In this document: positions 21,099 to 30,445 of the stretch, piece after piece
Layout: the number at the start of each line of letters is the position of its first letter
Numbering within the stretch: the first letter of the stretch is position 1
Virus record (IMG/VR): IMGVR_UViG_3300037508_001008
Coordinates: 3,139 to 67,138 of that record
Origin: a virus
Direction: 5' to 3' (one strand)
Length of the DNA stretch: 64,000 bases
Translations under genes and position numbers: made by a program
The notes under the pieces: model-generated
What the model saw: the letters and a program-made list of their open reading frames with translations, nothing else
The model's database searches: none
What the model was told of the DNA's origin: nothing

Positions 21099-21131
21099 TA
21101 GGGGACGGTAGATTTATTCCACCGTCCCCTA
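21099..21131 (-). terminator. Hairpin terminator after the major capsid gene
   Basis: TAGGGGACGGT/ACCGTCCCCTA perfect 11-bp inverted repeat. Confidence 0.6.
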
Positions 21132-21172
21132 GCTTTAGGGCTAATTCGTAACTATAGCAACCCTAAGGTTTA

Positions 21173-22237
21173 TCAGCTCAAAGCTACGTCGTTTGTAACC
21201 TGAACTTCGTAGTTGCGGCTGAGTCTTACGTTCTTAGCAACAGTGATACCTTCACCATCACCTAACATTACGATATCATACCGCTCCTTCATTTTAAGTG
21301 AGCGAATGTCACGACTTGGATCATCAAACTGATCTGTACTCATATCATCCTTCACTAGAAGTGAGCCGACCTCATTGCGATCAATGAGGAAGAGGTCTGA
21401 CTTAGCAGCTGTTGCGCCACTCTTAGCAGTAAAGCTAACGAATGGTGAAACAAGCACATTGAGACCCATGGGTGCTGTTGCATTTAGAGCGCCTTCGGCT
21501 GACTGAGGACGATATCCCCAGCTACTTCCAACACCTGAAGCTGCACCACCGGCGTGGAAAATAGCGTCCTTAAGGAACACTGACCACATCAAGGGGTGTA
21601 GGATAAAGTCTGTTGGAATATGGTTTTCAGCCATAAGAACAGCAGCCATGTCAATGATGTCATCCCATGTCACGGTCTTGTTGGCTGTGCCATCAATGTC
21701 GCGACCTGTGGTGTCATCGTATGAACCGCTATCGTTATCAAATACGATAGTAGCTGCGTCTTTGAATCGGCTAAGTGCAATTTGCTCTTTCAAACGAGCC
21801 ATGGCACGCCCAGCTGCACGAACATGTAGGCCAACAATGTCCCAAAGTGAATCGGCAATTACCTCTTCTGTAAAGGCGAGCTTAACGCCCTTCTTTGAAA
21901 CTTTGCCCTCTACCTGCTTTGCAAATGCGAGTGCTTGCTCTGGATACTCTTGTCCTTCTGGGATCTCTGCTGCTTGGATTGCATTGACTGCTGGGAACTC
22001 CAAAGAGCGCCCCTTGCCGAGGCGAACTGTAGAGAGAAGCGGCGTAACCAGCAATTGTGGCTCCGCAGCCTCACGCAGAGTGCGAGAGAGAACCTTGGGG
22101 AAAAGGGCAGCTGCATCAGAAGATGCAAATGCTTCCTTAATGGTTACTCTATTATCTGCGTCTATATACCCGTCCTCAGTCAGTGCAGCCTCCCAAGCTG
22201 GGAGACCCGAGAGGAGCTCTTGGATTGTCTTACTCAT
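21173..22237 (-). CDS. Major capsid protein (HK97-like fold)
   Basis: EIPEGQEYPE, KKGVKLAFTEEVIADS and C-terminal KERY motifs; biased codon usage; position after protease and decoration genes. Confidence 0.85.
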   Translation of the reverse strand: MSKTIQELLSGLPAWEAALTEDGYIDADNRVTIKEAFASSDAAALFPKVLSRTLREAAEPQLLVTPLLSTVRLGKGRSLEFPAVNAIQAAEIPEGQEYPEQALAFAKQVEGKVSKKGVKLAFTEEVIADSLWDIVGLHVRAAGRAMARLKEQIALSRFKDAATIVFDNDSGSYDDTTGRDIDGTANKTVTWDDIIDMAAVLMAENHIPTDFILHPLMWSVFLKDAIFHAGGAASGVGSSWGYRPQSAEGALNATAPMGLNVLVSPFVSFTAKSGATAAKSDLFLIDRNEVGSLLVKDDMSTDQFDDPSRDIRSLKMKERYDIVMLGDGEGITVAKNVRLSRNYEVQVTNDVALS

Positions 22238-22275
22238 CTTAGGATTATTCCTCCTGTGCTATTGTTTTCTATTTA

Positions 22276-23049
22276 TCAGAGTGTCAAATTAACGCGGAAT
22301 GCGCCAATGACATTATTTACGTCCAGGTTCGCCCGAATGCCAAGCTTACCGCTAAAAGTACCGGCACGAGTAAGCTCGTAAACAGTCTTTAAAGCGCCTG
22401 GATCTGATGGAAGCTGCATGTAGCTAAGGAGGCCGTCATCAAAGTTTGTAGCAAACTTCTCTACTTCGACAACCTTACCAACTTGCAAGTATGCGTAGGC
22501 AGCTGAGCTATCATAGAAGTCAGTTGCTGCAGCCAATACTGGGCGTCCCATAACATCGGAGCGAACGACGGAACCAACTGTTACGTCATTGTTCAATCCG
22601 CTAACCATGGGATACTCTACATAACCATGCGTAATAAAGCCAGCACCCTGAGATGTGCCCTTATCGAATGGTCTGTAAAGATCATACTGTGCGCAACCAA
22701 TTGGAATTGAGCGAGCAGGGACTGAAATTGTGTCAGTAGCTCCTGAGCTATAGTTTGGTGTTGCACCGTCTAGCGGATCCCAAGTTGTGGGCATTGAATC
22801 GCCCCAGGACTTGCTTGAGCTAGTTCCGTTAGCGGGAACTACTCTTGCGTCGCCATTGGAATCAGCTACGACTGAAAGAATGGTACCCTTAGGAATGACA
22901 ATCTCAAAGCGATCATCTTCACTATCTGAATACCAAGTTGGAAGACCTGGATGTGGAAGCAAGTAGGCTGCGGGAGCAACTCCCTCAGAAACTACAAACC
23001 TTCCAGCACCAGTCTTACTATGTACCTTGCGGAATTTTGCTAAACTCAT
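22276..23049 (-). CDS. Capsid decoration/stabilising protein
   Basis: Lies between scaffold and major capsid genes; IPKGTILSV..RVVPANG pattern; codon usage similar to the capsid gene. Confidence 0.55.
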   Translation of the reverse strand: MSLAKFRKVHSKTGAGRFVVSEGVAPAAYLLPHPGLPTWYSDSEDDRFEIVIPKGTILSVVADSNGDARVVPANGTSSSKSWGDSMPTTWDPLDGATPNYSSGATDTISVPARSIPIGCAQYDLYRPFDKGTSQGAGFITHGYVEYPMVSGLNNDVTVGSVVRSDVMGRPVLAAATDFYDSSAAYAYLQVGKVVEVEKFATNFDDGLLSYMQLPSDPGALKTVYELTRAGTFSGKLGIRANLDVNNVIGAFRVNLTL

Positions 23050-23069
23050 TGTTTATTCTCCTTAACTTA

Positions 23070-24701
23070 TCAGAGTTTACGTCTACCCATTAGGGCATCA
23101 ACTAAAACTTGCTCGAAAGAATCGGCAACTGGTGCAGTTTGTTCAACTACATCCTCTTTGCCAACTGTTAATACATTTTCTTCAGCTTCTGTAACTTCAG
23201 CTTCTGAGGTAACCTGTGGCATACCTATAAAGTTTGAAATTCTTTTAGCTAATTTCACCGGTGTTTTAGCTAGATCTCTAAGAGTATCTGCCAATGATGA
23301 AGCTGTTCTAGCTACGTGGTCAGCAATTAGCTTTTCACGGTCCTCAACTTGCTCATAGCCAAGTGCAATCTTTGTATCAACAACTCTTTCAACAAGAGTC
23401 ATGTGCAATGCGCCCTTTAGGCGTGCATTTTCTTCTTCAAGAAGTTTTACCTTACCTTGTAGTTCTTCAGTAACATGCTCAATGCCAGCGTTTTCCGCAC
23501 TGAGATCATTGGACTGATTCACTTCTTCTTGAACTTCATCATCGCTTTCGGATGATGCCTCTTCTGGCTTTTCAGCATTTTCGGAATCTACGTTATGTAC
23601 TTCCGCCTCTTCTGAATCGTCAGATGAGTTCTCTTCAGCCTTATCTTCACTGACAGTTTCTTCTTCAGAAACGATAACCTCTTGACTATCTCCTTCGGAA
23701 GGAGTGTCAACAGTTTCTTGTGAAGTGGCTTCTTCAGAATCTTCTTTATTTGTAGCGGCTGCTATATTTGACAAATCCTCGCTCAAGCCAGCAGCTACAG
23801 CTAGGATATCTTCATCCTTAGTAACTTCATCCATGCTATGGGTCTCCTCAGAATCTATTATTTTTGAATCTTCATTACATAGTAATGATTTTGTATTATT
23901 ATTATCATTTTCACTTTCATGTAGAGCTAAAGCCGTCAAGAAAGCGCCCTTTAAGTGTAGGTAAATAGGTTTGGATTCTTTCTTTTTCATTTCTTTCAGA
24001 ATTGATTTATTTTCAGTAATTGAAAATATATCTTCATTATCCATACTTAAAACAAACGCAGAACTTTTAGCGACCCAATTATCAGAATTACTTACTTCAG
24101 CAGAACCAGAACCAACCTTAGTCGTACGAACTCCAGATTTTTGATCTGCTGGTTGGTTTACGAAAGAATATTCTTTAAAGGAGATGTCTTGCATATCGAT
24201 ATATGCTAATTTGCCTTTGTAAACTTGACCCCGTTTAAACTTTGCAGGCTGTGGTCTTCCGGATGCATCTTCGCGAGCTAGATCATTTCCTGTTATTGAA
24301 CAGACCGCTTTGCCAGCTCTACCACCAACAGATCCTGTTAGATATCTTTTATCTAAAACTTTTTGTGCAGCGACTGGATCTGTTATTGCGATTTGCAAAC
24401 GTACATACATCGATCCATCATTTTCCTTATCCATCTTTGCAGCGATAACACGACCCATTGGCTCAGTGTTCATATCATGATTTAATATAATTGGCTTTGG
24501 ATATGGCTCAACCCAAGACTGCAGCGCCTTCTCTAACTCTTCAGCTGAATAGTTGTTGTAATTAGAAGTTAATCCCTCATGTATTGCTGCCACTTCAATG
24601 ATCAGACCATGTTTGGAATTAAAGGATTCAGAAAAATTTAAGTCCATTTTACTGAAATCGGGCATTTGGATTGTAAAGTTTTCTACAAAATCAAAAGACA
24701 T
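23070..24701 (-). CDS. Prohead protease fused to an acidic scaffold domain
   Basis: PIILNHD, GSVG and EYSFVNQPAD motifs of capsid maturation proteases; acidic and coiled-coil C-half; start probably MSFDF at 24701. Confidence 0.8.
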   Translation of the reverse strand: MSFDFVENFTIQMPDFSKMDLNFSESFNSKHGLIIEVAAIHEGLTSNYNNYSAEELEKALQSWVEPYPKPIILNHDMNTEPMGRVIAAKMDKENDGSMYVRLQIAITDPVAAQKVLDKRYLTGSVGGRAGKAVCSITGNDLAREDASGRPQPAKFKRGQVYKGKLAYIDMQDISFKEYSFVNQPADQKSGVRTTKVGSGSAEVSNSDNWVAKSSAFVLSMDNEDIFSITENKSILKEMKKKESKPIYLHLKGAFLTALALHESENDNNNTKSLLCNEDSKIIDSEETHSMDEVTKDEDILAVAAGLSEDLSNIAAATNKEDSEEATSQETVDTPSEGDSQEVIVSEEETVSEDKAEENSSDDSEEAEVHNVDSENAEKPEEASSESDDEVQEEVNQSNDLSAENAGIEHVTEELQGKVKLLEEENARLKGALHMTLVERVVDTKIALGYEQVEDREKLIADHVARTASSLADTLRDLAKTPVKLAKRISNFIGMPQVTSEAEVTEAEENVLTVGKEDVVEQTAPVADSFEQVLVDALMGRRKL

Positions 24702-24796
24702 TTTGTTTTCCTTTATAAAGTAATTCTCTTTTAATAGTAAGTTTATTTTTATGACATTGAACAAATTTATATGAATTTATCAAACCTTAAATAGTT

Positions 24797-25564
24797 TTAT
24801 ACTAATTCATACTCCTTTAATCTATTGTCTCCATTTTTTAAAAAATCTGAATACATAATTGGCGACATTATATGAGGGGCATACAGGTATGAGGCGGAAA
24901 ATAAATTATAATTTTTCTGCTTACAATTTAATGACCAACCAACATCTTCGCCCTGTTCATGAATATTATATCTCACATTTTTATAAACATTTTTACTCAT
25001 CATTTTTGCTGCCATAATAATATCAGATTGAAAGTACGTACCGAGTGGGTAATGTTCTTTTCTATAAGCTTTTCCTGGCACATCGTCTCTCCAAGTCATA
25101 ACGCTTGGAAACTGTTTGCCCATTGGTGTCATAAACATTAATGGACTAACAGCATCGGCGCCTTGTTTTATGTGCGCTATTAATAATTCTAATGTGTTGG
25201 GATTTTCTATTAAAATATCAGAATCTAAACTGAAATAATATTCTGGTTCTATTTCTGTAACTCTATCCAAAATATGATTTCTAAGTTTTGACATATTTTC
25301 ATATTTTGAAATTGTCCACTGTCGTCCATTATTTTGATGTTCAAAATGAGGAGTATCATCTCTAATAACTATCTCAAAATGAGCTATACTTTTATCATAT
25401 TTTCTCCAAGTATCTAAAATACTTAGTGTTTTATCATCACTTGATGAAGTTTCAAAGATAAAGCCAATCTCTTCAGTCGAAACTGATTGACTCTTAACAC
25501 ATTTAATCCAGTGATTCAATATCCAATCTCTTTTATAGATTGGACAACCAATAATTAATTTCAT
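24797..25564 (-). CDS. GT-A fold glycosyltransferase
   Basis: LIIGCP start, LRNHIL, FSLDSDIL (DxD) and GEDVGW motifs. Confidence 0.8.
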   Translation of the reverse strand: MKLIIGCPIYKRDWILNHWIKCVKSQSVSTEEIGFIFETSSSDDKTLSILDTWRKYDKSIAHFEIVIRDDTPHFEHQNNGRQWTISKYENMSKLRNHILDRVTEIEPEYYFSLDSDILIENPNTLELLIAHIKQGADAVSPLMFMTPMGKQFPSVMTWRDDVPGKAYRKEHYPLGTYFQSDIIMAAKMMSKNVYKNVRYNIHEQGEDVGWSLNCKQKNYNLFSASYLYAPHIMSPIMYSDFLKNGDNRLKEYELV

Positions 25565-25866
25565 ACCTTTACTTTATCTTCAGTCTTTTCTTTGGTTACT
25601 TTTATTTCCTGCTTAGTCTCCAAATCTATATCAACTTGTTCTTTAGAAACTGTCAAAGTGGGTTCAACTTTAACTGGAGAAAGTTCTTCTATTCTACATT
25701 CTAACTCTTCTATTTTTTCAACTAAAGTATTGACAATGTCAACTAAAACTTGTAAAGATAGTCTTGTCTGACCATTTGCTACGGTCATATTAAATGCTTC
25801 TACTGCATCATCTGTTCTAGCATAAGACTTTAGGGCCTCAGTGGTAATTTCAATATCAAAAGACAT
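25561..25866 (-). CDS. Hypothetical protein
   Basis: Translationally coupled in-operon ORF. Confidence 0.6.
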   Translation of the reverse strand: MSFDIEITTEALKSYARTDDAVEAFNMTVANGQTRLSLQVLVDIVNTLVEKIEELECRIEELSPVKVEPTLTVSKEQVDIDLETKQEIKVTKEKTEDKVKV

Positions 25867-27506
25867 TATTTATCGCTTTCCTTCTTTTCATCAATGTAGA
25901 CTATATTATAGTCCTTTTCTAAAAGATTTTCAATTACAGATAGAGATTCTAGATCTGATCTTCTAATATTTGGAGAATTATTTCTCCCCTGCTGATTTGC
26001 TGGACGTGTTGCATTACCAACCCCACGTCTATTACTTTTTAGATTTCTTTGTCCTTGTGGGGCAGGTGCTTGCTTGTCACCATCTTTTACAACATCTTTC
26101 ATTTGAGATTTAGCTACTATATCTGCTTGATTTTTTGCTATATCCATTTGGACATCAGCCTGTATGCTAGCAAAGAAGTCGTCAATTTCATATTCTGGAT
26201 CTATACCCAATTCAATTCTAGCCTCAGTAAGTCCAATTATATTATTTACATATTTTTGAATTATATGAGTTTCTTTTTTAACTTGAGTATCGACGTCTAT
26301 CTCGTTAAATTTAAAATAACATCTATCAGATATTCCATCTTCCATTGGATTAGTTATTGGGTCAAAACCACCCTCAAGTAATAATTCATTGAATATATTA
26401 ACTCTTACCATCTCAGCAAATAGTTTTTGATATTGCTTTATCTTATCGTATAAAGCTGTATCTAAACGATCTGTAACAGATCTATTACCGCCGTTCATCA
26501 TCATTCCTAAATGATGTGGAGCTACACCCAAACCAACTGCAACTCTTTCTTTAAAGTGCTCTAAGTACTTTGATGCATCTAGTCCCGCATTACCAGAATT
26601 AACAACGTCAATATCATGTCTATGCGGAATTATTAGACCACCTTCTGCTCGCATATTCTCTATCTCGCTAGCAGCTTTATCAATTTCATCTGGTTCAGCT
26701 GGTTGTTCGGGTGTGCCAATTTTATATTTGTACAATGGAAACAATTCTCTATGAACAAGATTTTGAATATCTTCTTCCATTTGTCGTAAAGCTATAATAT
26801 CATCAAGTACTGAGCTTAAAAATGGTGTACCAAAAGCTCGACCAGTTTTTCTATCAATGTGCATGTGCACTACTCTGTCAGCTGTCCAAACTGGATCTCT
26901 TTCAGTTGGTGAATAGGTTAGCGGATCTGTTGCTTGCTGATAAGACTTTGGCCTATTAAACTTGTCTCTTAAAATTCTAACTTGTTCAGTTGGAATTAAA
27001 TAATATCCAACAACAGGCTGACCACCATTCATTGAGTTTAATGTTCGTGGAAAATAGTCAGAAATATCACCCCTAGCCTTAACTATGAAGGCATTTGCGT
27101 ATTTAAATAGCTGGTCTGATATTTCAGTTAAGAAATCTAAAAATGGCCTTTTCATTGCCATTTCCATAAAATCTATTCTTTCATAGAGATATGCTACAGC
27201 CTCTGGATTCTCTCCAGCAATTTTCCAGCCCTCTTTCCAAAAGAGTTCCTTGTATTTAAATAAAGCTTGTTTAACATAGGAGTCGGTATCGGATGCCTGC
27301 ATAATACGATCAAAGTCATAAGGTGCAGGTTCAAAAGTTGCTCTTGTATTGTAATAATATGTAGTACCCTGAAAACCAAGTGCTAACGCAGCAACTTTCA
27401 TTACCTTGCTTATGGATTTAATCTCCTCAGAATCAAGAGCCTTAGCTACAACATTGTTAGAGGATTGATTTATTTGCCTGAACGGCAAAAAGTCTAATAC
27501 GGCCAT
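25866..27506 (-). CDS. Portal protein
   Basis: NAFIVK, VVHMH..AFGTPFL and AVGLGVAPHHLG motifs of portals; upstream of the protease. Confidence 0.8.
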   Translation of the reverse strand: MAVLDFLPFRQINQSSNNVVAKALDSEEIKSISKVMKVAALALGFQGTTYYYNTRATFEPAPYDFDRIMQASDTDSYVKQALFKYKELFWKEGWKIAGENPEAVAYLYERIDFMEMAMKRPFLDFLTEISDQLFKYANAFIVKARGDISDYFPRTLNSMNGGQPVVGYYLIPTEQVRILRDKFNRPKSYQQATDPLTYSPTERDPVWTADRVVHMHIDRKTGRAFGTPFLSSVLDDIIALRQMEEDIQNLVHRELFPLYKYKIGTPEQPAEPDEIDKAASEIENMRAEGGLIIPHRHDIDVVNSGNAGLDASKYLEHFKERVAVGLGVAPHHLGMMMNGGNRSVTDRLDTALYDKIKQYQKLFAEMVRVNIFNELLLEGGFDPITNPMEDGISDRCYFKFNEIDVDTQVKKETHIIQKYVNNIIGLTEARIELGIDPEYEIDDFFASIQADVQMDIAKNQADIVAKSQMKDVVKDGDKQAPAPQGQRNLKSNRRGVGNATRPANQQGRNNSPNIRRSDLESLSVIENLLEKDYNIVYIDEKKESDK

Positions 27507-27564
27507 TTTTTCTCCAAATTAAAAAGTCTAACAAAATAGTACTTAATTTAGCCAGTTTTTATAA

Positions 27565-27786
27565 CTAGTTGTTTTGCTGTAAGTTGCCCTTTTCAAAGGC
27601 GTTCTTAATAACTAAGTCTTTTACTGACTCCAGCCAAAATACTGTTTCTGCTTCATTAAAATCACTTCTATATTGAAGATTAGCGTCTGAAATTTTAATT
27701 TCAATTACAAATTCTTTAGCTTCTACTGGAACAGTTGCTTTAGTTTCTTCTATTGTTTCTTCTGACATTTTATTTACCTCATTCAA
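27565..27786 (-). CDS. Hypothetical protein
   Basis: In-operon ORF. Confidence 0.55.
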   Translation of the reverse strand: MNEVNKMSEETIEETKATVPVEAKEFVIEIKISDANLQYRSDFNEAETVFWLESVKDLVIKNAFEKGNLQQNN

Positions 27787-27973
27787 AATTATCTAATTGT
27801 TTTTTATCTTCTTGCTTTTTATTTTGTTTTGTAGCTCTAACGACTTCCATCATTTTTTCCATTTCACCTTTTAATTGTTTAATTGTAGCTTCTTTTATAA
27901 CAACTTCTGTTATAAGTGAAGCTAATCTTTCATTAAAGGTTTGAACTAAAATATTTACATCTAAATCATTCAT
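27779..27973 (-). CDS. Small coiled-coil hypothetical protein
   Basis: In-operon ORF with heptad pattern. Confidence 0.55.
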   Translation of the reverse strand: MNDLDVNILVQTFNERLASLITEVVIKEATIKQLKGEMEKMMEVVRATKQNKKQEDKKQLDNFE

Positions 27974-27998
27974 ATTTTTACTCTTTTCTATTTATACA

Positions 27999-28547
27999 TT
28001 ATAGCATCTGATTTACTTTATCATCAACAAATTGCCATATTTTTTTTTGCTCATTCCAGGAATATAAATAATATTTTTTATTTTTTATCCATTTTTTAGA
28101 TATTTTATCCCAAACAAATTTAGTTTCTGGTTGAATTGGATGAGGTATTGGTGCTTGCCACTTATTTTCGATAGAATTCCATATCCATGAATCATATGGT
28201 TTATTCCTTGGATCGGTGTATATATTATTCTTTACATTTTTCTTTTGGTAAATATTTATCTTTCCATTTACATTCTTCCTACAGCGATATATCCAAGACG
28301 TACTTTCGATAGCTTCTTTAACTTCTTTGTAAGATAGTTCTTGTATTTGTGTTGCTTTTTTATAATTTTCACTTAAAAGATTTAATGGAGTATTTTGATT
28401 AATATACGCAAAAAAATATATATAGTTTGTCTGTTTATCTGTTTCGGAAAAAAATGGAGATATATCCATAACTTCTAATAACAGTTGTTCCCAATTTTCA
28501 AGAACATAATCATATAATGGTTTTGATAATATTTTTATATATCTCAT
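27999..28547 (-). CDS. Tail fibre assembly-like protein
   Basis: PYDSWIWN..WQAPIPHP..Y.WNE...W motif; follows a fibre gene. Confidence 0.5.
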   Translation of the reverse strand: MRYIKILSKPLYDYVLENWEQLLLEVMDISPFFSETDKQTNYIYFFAYINQNTPLNLLSENYKKATQIQELSYKEVKEAIESTSWIYRCRKNVNGKINIYQKKNVKNNIYTDPRNKPYDSWIWNSIENKWQAPIPHPIQPETKFVWDKISKKWIKNKKYYLYSWNEQKKIWQFVDDKVNQML

Positions 28548-28550
28548 ATT

Positions 28551-30437
28551 TTACTCTAAAACATTGTGACTATAAGAAATTTGAACTTCATATATCGTTG
28601 CATAATAACCATAAGCTGTTGCAATTCTTGGAACTGATAAGGCCACATTAAAATAACTTTGCCCTAGGTAAGCGTCGTATAAGGGGGTAATTTGACTTGG
28701 TATTGAAAAATCTTTTGTCTCGTCAGCGGTGAATGCTAGTGAACCCAAACTTGTTCCATTTATTGATGCAGTAATTGTTCTAGCCTGACCTCCATTTTTA
28801 ATTCTTAAATGATTTGATCCACTAATCATTCTTGAATTTGTGTAGGTACTTTTTGGCTGAAATAAAACATTTAAAGTTTCTGATCCAGCGCCTTTTGGGG
28901 TATAAGTTTTATAATATCTAGTTAATGTACCATTAACTAGTCTTGCATTTGGAAATGCAGTTCCAGAATCTGAGAACGCAATATTTGTAATATTTCCATT
29001 AGAGTTTGTTGTAACAGAAAAAGGTGCTTGTTTTGTTTTATTTGTACTAAATGAACCAATCTGCGCGTATGCATTAAGGAAAATAGTTGGATTAGCTTCG
29101 TTTCCTGTTAGAACTGCGGTACTTAAAAAAAATGTTTTTCTATAAAAAATAACACCTGGTTCTGGAGAATATGTATCAACTCCACCTATAGTCCTAGATC
29201 CATCTATATTTAAACCGCTAAAACCGCTTAATGTAACTGTAGTACCAGCTCCAAATGGAACATCTGATAGAAAGTACAAAGTTACAGCTCTTCCAAAACT
29301 TGTATTTCTAGTCCAAACTCTTACTGAAGTATATCTTACATTCGTAACTCCACTTAGCTGTGCTTCATCTGCTACTCCACCAGTAAAGGCTGTAGTTGGA
29401 GTTACCACCAATACACCAAGCCCTCGTGCTGCGTTTACTACTGTTCTTGCTTCTGAGTCATTAGTTATTGATGCCCAAGGATAGGATAACCATTGATCAT
29501 CAAAGTTGTTATTTGATGCGTTTGATTTTGGCCAATCTGGTGTGAATTCAGAACTAGCTATTATTACACCAGATGAAAGATGATCAGTATTATTAGAGGA
29601 AACAAAACCAGTACTTTTTACCACTGTTTTTAAAGTTGTTATATTTGTGGAGTACGCACTCCAACCTGAATTTTTACTAATTGTAGAATATACTGTTCTT
29701 GCCCTACATCGATATGTTGTGCCCGATGTAAGATTTGCAAATGTTACCTGCTTAGCTTGATCGCTATCATTTGCTGTTAAATTAGTACTATTTTCACTTG
29801 CGACATAATACCAAGTACTAAATATGTCTAATGCCTCTAATTCAAATTCAATATAAGTAGTGCTTGCATTAGTGCTATAGTTTGCATTTGATGTTGCTTC
29901 AAAGTTAAGTGCATTTTGGCCTCTACTAGTATTTGTGGGAGTAGTTGGAGTTGTAATTGTATAAGCTGATGTTGTTACAGTTACACTAACAGTTTCACTG
30001 CTTTCTATAAATGTTCCATCTTCTGCGTAAAAATTTGTATAACAATAGAAAGTGTAAGATGTATTATCTGTTAGTCCTGAAAAAGTAAATGTTTGATCGA
30101 TGCTACTACTAGTCGGTGAATTTTCTGCGAGGGGAAAAGCTTGCACTGTTCCTAAATCAGTACCCCTGTAAACAATTACTCTTTTTCTTTCTGGATTTGA
30201 AGTTTGAACTCTTACTGTTACTGAGGTAAATGTTTTAGAGGATGAAGTTATAGTTGGATTAGTTGCTCCACTAAATCTTTGATAAAATGTAGTCCAATCA
30301 TTTGCTCCTGCACCTGTTTTAATTTCGCCTTTATTAACATTAACCCAATCATTTGCTCCTGCACCTGTTTTAATTTGTGGATTAGTTACAGTTGACCAAT
30401 CATTAGCTCCAGCGCCTGTTTTAATTTGTATAGTCAT
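28551..30437 (-). CDS. Fibre/receptor-binding protein with FN3-like domains
   Basis: Three N-terminal IKTGAGANDW repeats; FSGLTDNTSYTF and NLTSGTTYRCRAR FN3 signatures. Confidence 0.65.
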   Translation of the reverse strand: MTIQIKTGAGANDWSTVTNPQIKTGAGANDWVNVNKGEIKTGAGANDWTTFYQRFSGATNPTITSSSKTFTSVTVRVQTSNPERKRVIVYRGTDLGTVQAFPLAENSPTSSSIDQTFTFSGLTDNTSYTFYCYTNFYAEDGTFIESSETVSVTVTTSAYTITTPTTPTNTSRGQNALNFEATSNANYSTNASTTYIEFELEALDIFSTWYYVASENSTNLTANDSDQAKQVTFANLTSGTTYRCRARTVYSTISKNSGWSAYSTNITTLKTVVKSTGFVSSNNTDHLSSGVIIASSEFTPDWPKSNASNNNFDDQWLSYPWASITNDSEARTVVNAARGLGVLVVTPTTAFTGGVADEAQLSGVTNVRYTSVRVWTRNTSFGRAVTLYFLSDVPFGAGTTVTLSGFSGLNIDGSRTIGGVDTYSPEPGVIFYRKTFFLSTAVLTGNEANPTIFLNAYAQIGSFSTNKTKQAPFSVTTNSNGNITNIAFSDSGTAFPNARLVNGTLTRYYKTYTPKGAGSETLNVLFQPKSTYTNSRMISGSNHLRIKNGGQARTITASINGTSLGSLAFTADETKDFSIPSQITPLYDAYLGQSYFNVALSVPRIATAYGYYATIYEVQISYSHNVLE

Positions 30438-30445
30438 AATAAATC

